Shown: piece by piece, positions 38,903 through 49,624 of the stretch | How positions within the stretch are numbered: position 1 is the first letter of the stretch | Layout: every line of letters starts with the position of its first letter | Assembly: GCA_951406725.2 (NCBI GenBank) | Contig: OX597816.1 | Coordinates: forward strand, 143,096,001-143,160,000 | Direction: 5' to 3' | DNA length: 64,000 nucleotides | Source of the DNA: Octopus vulgaris | Taxonomy: Eukaryota | Made by a program: the position numbers and the translations under genes | The notes under the pieces: generated by a model | The model's database searches: none | What the model was told of the DNA's origin: nothing | Seen by the model: only the letters and a program-made list of their open reading frames with translations

Positions 38903-41900
38903 TCATCATCATCATCATCAACATTTAACATCCACTTTCCATGGTGGCATGGGTTGGACAGTTTGACTGTAAACTGGTAAGCCAGGGGGCTGCACCAGGT
39001 TCCGATTTCATTTGGCAAGGTTTCTACAGCTGGATACCCTTCCTAAAACCATTCACTCTGAGAGTGTAGTGGGTGTTTTTTATATGTTACTGGCACATAT
39101 GCCAATGACTTGAAACCAGTATTGGCCACAACTACAATCTCAGTTGGCTTGACAGGTCTACTACAAGCACAGTATATTGCCAAAGGTCTTGGTCACCTGT
39201 CTCTGCCTCCATGACGCCCAACACTCAAATAATGCTTTTTATGTGCCACTGGCATGGGTGCAAGTCAGATGGCATTGACATCAGCCACAACTATAATTTC
39301 ACTCAGTTTGACAGGTCTTCACAAGCACAGCATATCACCCAACACTGAAGGGTGTTTTCAACAAGCCAGTTACACGACACTGGCATCAGTCACAACTATG
39401 ATCTCACTTGGCTTGATGAGGCCCAATGCTCGGATGGTACTTTTTACGTGTCACTAGCACAGGTGCAAGTCACAGTGCACTGGCATTGAACACAACTACA
39501 ATTTCACTCGGCTCAACAAGTCTTCACAAGCAAAGCATATCGCCCAATGACTGAAGGATGTTTTTAACAGGCCAGTTACGCAACACTGGCATTGGCCATG
39601 ACTACGATCTTACTTGGCTTGATGGGTCTTCTCAAGCATGGCATATCTCCAAAGGTCTCAGTCGCTTGTCATTGCCTCTATGAAACCTAACATTTCAAAA
39701 TCATGCTTCACCACTTCGTCCCATGTCTTCCTGGGTCTACCTCTTCCATAGGTTCCCTCCACTGTTAGAATTCAACACTTCTTCACACAGCTGTCCTCAT
39801 CCATATGCATCACATGACCATACCACTGCAGTTGACTCTCTTGCAAGTCCAACTTTTCTCTCAGGACACTTACATTCTGTCGTGCAAGCACACTGACATT
39901 ACACATCCAACAGAGCATACTAGCTTCATTTCTTACAAGCCTACACATATCTTCAGAAGTCATAGCCCATGTTTCACTGCCATGTAGCATGGCTGTTCAC
40001 ACACAGGCATCATACAGTCTGCCTTTCATTTTGAGCAAGAGGCCCTTCGTTACCAACAGAGGTAGGAGCTCTCTGAATTTTGCCCAGCCTATTCTTATTC
40101 TAAAAGCTATGCTCTCAGAGCATTCACCAAGGTAACAGAAGCTATCGACTACATCTAGTTTTTCCTACTGGTATGTGAATGAATCTATTTTCTGTACATC
40201 TTCAATGTTTACTGCCACTGCGCACCATCCACACACAAAAACTATCACCTATGCTAACCTTCCTCTGATATCGTTGCACCTCTTATGTGTCCATAGCTTA
40301 CACTGGGTATATCTTATGGAGTTTCTAACTATGCCTTTTCTACAGATTGAGCAGGGCCATCACCTGAAGGGATTTGTGATTTATCTACCTCCCTACTTTA
40401 TTTCATTAAGATTTGCCATAAAGGCAACCGGGCGGGGCCCCGGGACGATGGGATCCTGGGGCCGCAATGTGCATTTGAGGTGTCGATGTTCACTGAGTCC
40501 CGTAATTCGCATCAGTTCACGTGGATAGCCATGCTCTTCATCGACGGACAAGCCGAGTGATCCCCCATCCAATCTATACTTACCTCCCTACTTACTAAGA
40601 CTTTGGTTTTTACTAGGTTAACTCTAAGGCCCTTTGATTTTAGACCTTGCTTCCATACCTGAAACTTCTCTAGTTCTGGTAGTGATTCAGCTATAAGAGC
40701 AAGTTCATCAGCATAGAAGAGATTATAGCCTACTCCACCAGATATTTTAAGCATCTCAGTGGTGATTCCTGATGGGCCAGGGGCTTTTCCTGTCTTCATA
40801 TCCTTAATTGCTTTATCTACCAAGGTACTGTCAATTTGAACAGCTGGTCCTTCAGTTGGGCCAACATTTGGCAGATTCTCTTTCTCTCATTCATTCTCTT
40901 CAATCAGCAACCTTTCATAGTGGTGTCTCTAAGCCTCTTTCTTTGCAGCATCATTAAATGCAAGAGAGACATCATCTATGCAGACACATTTCTCTCCTAT
41001 GACATTGTGATTTTCTCTCACACACTGTCTTGCAATTTGAAACATATCAAGTCTCTAGTCCTCACAATGCAGAACATTAGCAAATATCTTCTTTTCTGCT
41101 TCTTCTCTGGCTAAGTAAACCTGTCTCCTAGCTTCCCTTCTGGCTATCTAATACAGTTTCCTGCTACCACCACATTTCCAGTCCTTCCAGACTTGTTTCT
41201 TTTCCCTAATGGCCCTGTCAACTACATTGTTCCACCACCATGTCACTTTAGGTCGAGAGGGGACTTTGCACCAGTCACAGCTCTGGTCAGTAGCCCTCAG
41301 CAGGTTGTCCCATAGGAACCTCCAGTTGACCTCCATGTTATACAATGCAATATCCTCCTCTTTTTTGTCAAAAGCTTCAAGAAATATGTCTCTGAATCTC
41401 TGTCCATTCAGAGAATCCTTAGGCTTCCAGACCTTCCTTTTCTTGGCAGGCATTTAGCCCTGATCCTGAAGTCACTAACAACTAACCTATGTTGTGGGGT
41501 GCAATCTTCACCTGGGAAAGTTTTGGCATTTATAAGCAGCAGTCTTTCTCACTTCCTGATGAGAATGTAGTCAATCTGACCAGAGCATGCACTGGACTGG
41601 TAGGTGAATAGTTAACTGGCAAGTTTCCTGAAGTTAGTATTACAAATCATAAGATCTCTGGCATCACAGAACTCCAGCAGCCTGGTTCCCTCCTCATTGC
41701 AGGAACCAAATCTGTTGCCACCATGCACACCATGGAAGATCCCTGAATGTTGTCCAACATGCCTAGCGAAGTCACCAGCCACAAAGATAAGGTACCTGTC
41801 ATTTGTCAACAAGGTAGTCTGCAAGAGGGTGTAATAAAATCAGTCTTTCTGTTCATCAGCCAGCCCTGGCTGAGGAGCATAGGCCAAGATAATGGTTGCT

Positions 41901-41960
41901 ATTCCATGTTGCAGCACTAGTTTAAGCTTAAGTATTCTATCACAGACACTGACTATCTCA
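38903..41960 (-). mobile_element. RTE-clade LINE with internal RT deletion, repeated 3' UTR and (GAT)n tail
   Basis: GDFARHVG, LLEFCDARDLMICNTNFRK, TWWWNNVV, MKTGKAPGPSG..EMLKISG joined almost directly to FYADEL (central RT missing), and MLHGSETW...LQWYGHV. Confidence 0.9.
40399..40580 (-). pseudogene. Retroposed 5.8S rRNA copy with a short non-rRNA 3' tail, flanked by a 13-bp TSD
   Basis: The minus strand reads GGGGGATCACTCGGCTTGTCCGTCGATGAAGAGC...GTGAACTGATGCGAATT...GAACATCGACACCTCAAATGCACATTGCGGCCCC, which matches the conserved 5.8S motifs. TSD TACCTCCCTACTT lies at 40386-40398 and 40581-40593. No 18S, 28S or ITS sequence is adjacent. Confidence 0.9.
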
Positions 41961-43564
41961 ATACACGCATATATTTACAGGTATACACACACACACACAC
42001 ATATATATATATAAATAGGTGTATGAGTTACATTCTACAAGACTGTTTGCAAATAACGCTGTTTAAAACACATATTGAGGAAATATATTTTTTGGAGGTA
42101 AAGCTCCACATGTACATTTATCTAGTTATGTTTTTCATATAACAGCCTAGTAATATAGGAATTTAAGAAAAGGTTGTTTTTTTTGTTGCTGTTTTTTTAA
42201 ATAGAAAGTTGTGTGTTACTTTGCGATTGCTAAGTTTGTGTCTTTATCCATTATTTCTTTGTTATATTCAGTCACTATAGGAAAAACACATACATAAAGA
42301 AGAGAAAGAAGAGAATTACATATGAAAAGATGGGTATACTTTTAGAGGAGATGGGTTTAAATACAGTTCTTGTGTAGAGACTGTTGTTGGAACAAAGAGT
42401 AAAGAATATTGTTTGATATTGATTTAGAGGTCAAAGGTTATCAATAAAGCAGCTTTTGGTAATCAACAAAATACTTGACAATAACAACTTAAAAACTCTG
42501 CGCAGGAGTCTAATCTAGAGTGTGGAAAGTTTCAGTTTTGCAGTGGTTTAGCAGCTGCTCAGTACTAAAGAGCTTCTTTGAATAGGAAGTAAAAATTTCC
42601 AAATGTTAAGAATATAATTTTTCTATTAAAAGCCAAGCTAATATTTATTTGCAGTGTGTACTTTGAAGACAATTTTTCAAATTGGCAGTATGGATAAAAA
42701 TTGGAGGAATGGAGAGAGAAGAGAGTGTGTGTCATTGTTTCGCTTTCCTTTGCTGCTTATTGCTGTAATCTAGCATGCATTGCTTCAAATTATGTTCAAT
42801 TACACAGACAATTCAATACTCTCGAATCCACTTTTATTAAATTAAATTGAAAGGGATGAATGAGTGATTCTAAAAATAACATTCTCTTCATACATTCTAA
42901 ACTTAAGAATTATTTGTGATATAGGAAGTGACTCACCTTTTGAGATAAAGAAACTGAGGTGTTTTAATTATAGACTAATGTTTTCATAACAGAAGAAATG
43001 AGAGAAGAGTCATAAAAGCAAAATATGCAGTTGTTTTCACTCATTTCCTTGGATAAAGAAATTTCAAACAGTTTGGAGCAGCATTTCCCAAAGTTTTAAT
43101 TCTTGTGGAACCTTTGAAATACACATCTCAGGGAAATTACAAAAAAATTATTACATATCTTTAGTAATCTTTTTCTCTCTTAAATAAAGTTAAATTTCAG
43201 AAGGGACTATAGAACCACTTTTGAAAGGTTTAACAGTGCTATATCCATCAGATACAACACAGAACATTTAAGAAATTTTATTTTAACAGTTGACAATAAC
43301 AAGAGTTTCCAGCTCTAAAATCCCTGTCATCCAGATTATGCAGTTAGACAATTATGAAGCCAAAACATAACTTAATATATTCTATTTACAACAAGTATTT
43401 TTTTTCAATAATTTTATTACATATCATCCTATTCCTTTTATTTGTGCATCTAATTGACATACTTTATTTGTTTGTTGTTGTTGTTTTTTGCTTTATGTTT
43501 AAAGTTAATTTCTTATTTTGACAGAAAAATGATATAAAAATCTGTACAGAAGAGATAATCTTAC

Positions 43565-43706
43565 CCATTTTCCAAAGCAGCAAACTGAAATCCTCTGAAA
43601 TAGCAAGCTTTTAGACAAATATCAATACTGACAAATCGACTTTTTAATATTTTTTTCATCTGTTGCAGAGCACCAATTCTTCCCTCAAAGCAGCCAATAT
43701 AAGTTC
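43565..43706 (-). CDS. WSC domain 1, N-terminal half exon (GTYIGCFEGRIGALQQMKKILKSRFVSIDICLKACYFRGFQFAALENG)
   Basis: 142-nt exon with ttttctAG acceptor and GG|gtaaga donor, phase 1-2. It carries the WSC motifs YxGC, CxxxC and FAALExG. Confidence 0.9.
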
Positions 43707-45059
43707 CTAGAAAATATGTACAGATTTTCAATTACAAACATGAAAGATCAACAAATTTTCTTTTGCTTTTGTTACATACTCATGTGGGTTACACAGGTTT
43801 CTTACTGTGATACAAATGCTTAGGCAATTAATTTATACAAAAGCATTTCAGCACCATACCTGGACCCATCTGAAACTAAAGATGCAAATAAATTTCTTTC
43901 TTTCACTAGAGTAACATTAAAAGAATACTTTAACTGCACTCAGAGTCCTTAATATGCTTTCTCATACTTTTTCCCATATATTTGATGGATTTTATGCATA
44001 GTGAAATGACAGGAGGCTGAAGGGAAAAATCTACTGGCTGTCAAATTACATTTCAGAATTAATGTGAGAAATAGACATTGCTTCACAAAGACATCTGTCT
44101 TAATACAAACTGTGAGATATTTGCTACCATTCTGCATGCTCATAGTTTCCTTAAAATATATAGCAAATTAAAAACCACTATATCTCAAATGGCAGATTTT
44201 GAAGCTAAAGTACTCTCTTTCTCTCATAAAAGTATATGATATATGACTTTTATATTTTAATTCTTTGTTTTAATTTTACTTCTTTGTTCTGAACAGTTAC
44301 AATATAAAACAAGTTTTTAAATTACCTGGTTTAAATTCAAGTGTTAGCATTTAGAAAAGCTTTTAATAAAAGTAAATACTAAAGCGAATTTGAACCTAAT
44401 TTTCGCTGATAATTTTTTTTAATGCCTCCTTTATAACAGCAATCCAAGCAGCATCTGGTAGTTAACAATAGATGATGACTCAAATCATTGAAAAGATTCT
44501 TTCTTATATTAACACAGAGCTGTTCAAACATTTTCATCAATTGACTCCAATAAAACTAGAGAAACTACACTCTTGCATAATTTCTCCCCATTTATATGCT
44601 TCACCTGAAATAACATGTACTGAATAAATGCAAACATTACTAAGTAAAACAGTACTGGCAGACAAATAAAAACATAAAGCAATCTAAACACAAGTTTTGC
44701 ATCAAAATAATAAAAAAAAAACTATCAAGTTAAGGTATTTGTCAAGTTTGCCTTCAAAACAAAGGAGTTAACCCTTATCAAGCAGACTCCAAAGACATTC
44801 TAGCCATGACCATCTCATCTGTTTTTCAGATGTTAGCATACCTCAGACTACATTGTCCAATGTATTATATTTTTAATACAGTACAGTGTGTTTTGAGGGA
44901 GATTTTGCTGCTACTTTTAGAAGGTCAAATGACCACATATCCTTATTGGTTCATGTTGTTAAGTGTAGTGATTGTTGTATTCTATGTTCTTCAGTGTTGC
45001 TGGTAAGAAAGAGAAAAATAACTGAAGTTATTGTGTAGCTACACACAAGAAAATTATGA

Positions 45060-45900
45060 GAGGAGGTAATTCTAAGGTCATCTATTTAAGTTGTGTGTAC
45101 AATTGTTAGTAGTGGGAAGATGTAAGTCCAAGTTAGAGAGATTAAGTGAGGAGGTACAGCATTGTGGTGTATAATGAAATTACTTTTAGATTTGTTATTG
45201 TCATACTCTACATAGGCTTGGCAACTTGAGTAATATTTTGCAAGGCAAAATTTGTTGTTTCTTAATGCATAGTTTATGACTTTGTTTACGAGTGGGTAGC
45301 AAACAATAGTCAAATACTTTGCTAATGTTAATGGTGGTTAGAATAGTGTATGTTGGGGGATTTTGCCAATAAATTCATCATCTGTATAGATTTGTTAATT
45401 GTGCAGTTCTCTGGATATTGTTCTCTGAAATCATATTTCAAATTGAAACAAGAAATACAAGAGTTATAATGACAAGAATGAATTTTTCTAAAAATGTTTA
45501 TGAATATACATCAGAGAGTGATGGTTATGTATAACATTGGTTCAGTTAAGTTTTTGTTTGTAAAACTGTGATTATTATCAGCCTTTCTGAGGAATTGGCA
45601 ATGAAGGCATAAGGATGAGAAGATAGTAGTGAGTGAAATAATTCTTTCTGGTCCTAAGTGTTTTAGGGGTACAATACTGATACTGTAATCCGTTCTGAGT
45701 TTTTGTTTAGTGATTTGTGTTGTCTCTTTATATATGACTTATATATAAGTATTTTGTACTGGAATACTACAACCTTTTTATATTGTCTGAGTTTGTTTTG
45801 GATAGTCATCTATTATGTACAAGTCGGGGGTGTTTATTTGTGTGGATAGCTATGGCTGCAACACTAGTTACTCAACTAATATTCTGGTATGCCATTTTTC
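45060..45900 (-). mobile_element. Ancient non-LTR retrotransposon RT remnant
   Basis: Degenerate INISKVFD (D-SKAFD motif) and ...SERLI motif remnants. Heavily decayed. Confidence 0.3.
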
Positions 45901-46009
45901 AGACAATCCACTATAGAATCAACTGGTAAAACCTATGGCATGTAAGTGATCAAATGACAGGACATAATCTATAGGTCCCTTGAAAACCATAGTATGCACT
46001 CCAGCATGC

Positions 46010-46251
46010 TATAGTTTATTGTGTGGAGTGGCATGTAAAAAGCACTATCCAAATGTGATCAATGCCTGACTGGCTCTTGTACTAGTGACACATTAAAAGG
46101 ACCCACTACACTCATGGAGTGGTTGGCATTAGGAAGGGCATCCAGCTGTAGAAACATCACCAGATCAGATTGGAGCCTAGTGCAACCATTGGCTTTCCAG
46201 ACTTCATTCAAACCATTCAACCCATGCCAACATGGAAAACAGACATTAAAC

Positions 46252-46290
<39 letters not shown>
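46010..46290 (+). mobile_element. RTE-related tail element ending in (GAT)13
   Basis: GGTTGGCATTAGGAAGGGCATCCAGCTGTAGAAAC...GACATTAAACGATGATGAT. Confidence 0.8.
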
Positions 46291-46292
<2 letters not shown>

Positions 46293-49200
46293 GGTAAGTG
46301 TAGAAGTTGAGCCTATTAAATTTTCTCTACTGTCCAGTTTGTTATTGTATACCTATTAGATCTTGTGTGACCACAGTGGAGGCCAGCAAGGTACACTCAA
46401 TTAGAGCACAACATTTGTCCTTTTGTATTTATTATAAGTGTTTAGAGATAATGGCAATATTGATGCTACAGGTATTTTAGTGTGTACATACTTTTATGGT
46501 TGCCTAGAATGGGTGTTCTTAACATAATTGTATTTTAAGGTGTCCTGGTGTTAAGTAATAGTTATACATTTTGTGCCAGAGAGTGTGAAGGGTGGAACTT
46601 GCTGCAACAACAAACTGTCTCTGACATGACCAAGTAATCTCAGTTTAAATGTTTTTGTTTCATTGTATAGGTGATTTGTAGGTATGATCAGTGTGCAGCC
46701 AGTGGTAATGCAAAATGTGCTGTTCTAAGTTCTTTGTAATTTGTTGAGAAGAGACTGGTTACCCAGGTAGACACTAATATAGACCATGATGGAATAATAT
46801 AGTTTCCATACGTAAGTGATGATTCTATATTGGTCAATTATGATTGATCTTATTGTATTTAAATGCAGTATCTATTTACCATGTCTTCTATATGTGCAGG
46901 GAATGTTATAGAGGGAGTCTCTATGCAACCACCTGACTGTTAGATTTAGCAGCCAAATGTACCTTGAACCACAGTCTTAAAAGTAAAGTCCATCATCATT
47001 TTACATCCACCTTCACAACAGTATTGGTTGGACAGGTCATCAGAGGTCATACTGGATAATTCAGCAATATCTGTTGTTCAAAGAGGTTAACTTTTATATT
47101 TCTATAACTGTTTACTTCTTTTTGTTTGCTGCAGCCTTCAACTTCTAGGTATTAAACTCTATTTTATTCACAGGCCCAGCTGATCTTTCTGTAAAAAGCA
47201 TTTGTCTTCTGAGGAAGTTAACAGCATTTATGCTTTTGTCAATGACAAATATTCTGTACTTAATCATAATTAGCATCTTAACAAAGTAAATAGAATAATT
47301 AATAGATTTAGGCTACAACTCTTCCTTTTGTTAGTTTGAAAGCATATCAATAACTTAAATGGATATCTACTTTCCAGCTTTCTCATCTATTTTCTCTAGA
47401 AATTACTTTTTATCTTGAATTTTATTTACCATTTTACTTAATGTTCTCCCACACAATATTTCCTGTGATAAAAATAAATGAACATAATTTAATATTCCAT
47501 GTATCAAATGAATATTGTTTTTGTGTTTCATTGCTACCCACCACCATTATTGAAAGATGTTGTGGTGATTATCCCAACTTTTCAAAACATCAAGCATTTT
47601 AAAAACATCTGTCACTCTCTCCCTTTCTCAGTGTGTGTGTACACATACACACACACACACACACATGATGGACTCTCCCGTCGATAGATGGCATATGAGG
47701 GTTCGACAGATTTTTACCAAACAACCACACAGATGATTTGTTTATAGTGATGAAATGTTTGTATACCTATAAGCTCACTCACTCCATGAAATCAATATTA
47801 CTTGTACAGGTGCAATGGGTGCAGAGCAATGTGAAATGAAGTGCTTTGCTCAAGAACACAATGCAACGCATGGTCTGGAAATTGAACCCACAATCTCGCA
47901 GTCATGAGTGCAACACCTTAACCACTGCATAGGAAGTCATTTCATGTAAGTTTGGTCTAATGTAAGATTTGAACTTGGCACAAAGTTAAAGAACTGGCCA
48001 CCAATGACTCCCACATAGTATTTTATAACTAGTTGAGTTGAGGTAGTCGTAGTTAGGTGTCTTCTGTCTGAATAAGGTTAGTTAAGCATGTGAATCATGT
48101 TTTGTTTTTTTTCTTTTGTTTTGTTTTTGTTTTTCTTTGCAAGACTGATAATTTGACTACCTATATAATTCCACAGAATAGATATAGTATTTGTATTAAA
48201 TTTTACACATGACTGCATACTTTTATACAGCAAATTACACTCGTATTTGGTTCCTTAAATAAGTGAAATCATTAAGATTATGGCCAACTGGAGCACTGAG
48301 TATAATTATACTTTCATTAGTCTGGACTGGTTGAATCATTAGAGTATCAAAGAAAAGTTTCAAGGCATTTATTCCAGCTTTTTATTTTACCAAAGATGAC
48401 TTTAAGTTTCATCATTCTGGGGTCCAAAAAATAAGTACCAGTGAAGTAGTGAGAGTGATATAACTGACTATGCTCTCTCAACAAAATTTTGGCTTTGTGC
48501 CTATGGGAGAAATTTTCAATTGGAATAACTAATCTAAGCTCATGTGTATTTAAAGAAAGAAACACCTTAGTATTACTATTACTGACCATGTAAATATATA
48601 TATAAACTAATATGCATATGTACTTAGTATAAATATAAAATTGGCCCATACAGGTCTTTTTGGTAGCATGAAATGAGGATCAGACTGACCATTTCATTGT
48701 TATTTAACAATCCATCAAGAATCTTTCACCTTTCACTCATAAACTGCAAATGATAGTTGCAGAAGCCTACTTATAAAAATGTAAATACAACTTATGACTA
48801 ACAAAGGTCATTTGCATAATGCTACAAGGTGTGCCAATAATCACTAAAGAACAAATACAGTATAGGATGTGACTATTTATATAAAGTTCATATTAATAGA
48901 AAGACAAAGACAGGTGTAGGAACAACAAACAAGTGTATTAGTTTGATGCTCAGGAAAAATAGAAAATACTTTTACGTTTCAAGCCTATGCTCTTCGACAG
49001 AAAGGAATAAGAGGAAATAAATAGAGAGAGAATGAAAAAAACATGTTGAGTTAGCCTTAAGAGTGGATTTGATAGATGGAAACTGAAAGAAACCCATCAT
49101 GTATGTGTGTGTGTGTGCGTGCATGTGTGTACTCTTGCCTAGACATCACACAATGGTTGTAAATGAAAATCATCATCATACAAGTGATGTTGTTCTTTTC

Positions 49201-49588
49201 CAGTTTTCTGTGGGAAACATTTCTGGTCATGGAAAAATATTTTCTTACTTGAAAACAGGTGAGGGTTGTTGACAAGAAGGGCATCTAGCCATAGAGTATC
49301 TGCTACAATAAAACACTGTCTGACCCATGCAAGCATGGAAAAGTGAATGTTAGAATAATGATAATTCATATGTATTTAGTCTTGTTGGGAAATTGGATCA
49401 ACAAAAATGATACATTAATCAGACTATGTTAGTATTAGAAAACAAGAATATTAATAGCATATTAGGATATTTTGGTAAATCACTGATGTAAAATAACAGC
49501 AACAGTTTTTTTTCCAAGAATATGTAGTAAAACATTCTTACTACAAGGAATTAATAATAATAAACAACAAAATTAGAGAAATTCTTAC

Positions 49589-49624
49589 CATTTGGAGAAT
49601 AAAACTGATTTGGGGTTTTGATCA
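49589..49624 (-). CDS. 36-nt linker microexon of the WSC-domain gene (xIKTPNQFYSPNG), phase 1-1
   Basis: Acceptor ttttcttcatttttaattggaaatAG and donor G|gtaaga. The frame is open and joins the 43706 exon in phase (G+GA=Gly). It has the same length and phase as the 19828-19793 linker. Confidence 0.6.

Noticed and set aside
39110-39700. CRISPR-like repeat-spacer array
   Set aside because: The repeats are degenerate, the spacers are related to each other, there are no cas genes, and it is a eukaryotic LINE 3' UTR.
40425-40575. Functional 5.8S rRNA gene or rDNA unit
   Set aside because: There is no flanking 18S, 28S or ITS. It has CpG-type substitutions in conserved motifs and is bounded by a TSD inside a LINE, so it is a retrocopy.
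13331-43706. Assigning WSCD1/2, KREMEN, XYLT or PKD1 as gene symbol
   Set aside because: No sulfotransferase, kringle/CUB, glycosyltransferase or PKD exons are visible, and WSC domains alone do not identify the orthologue.
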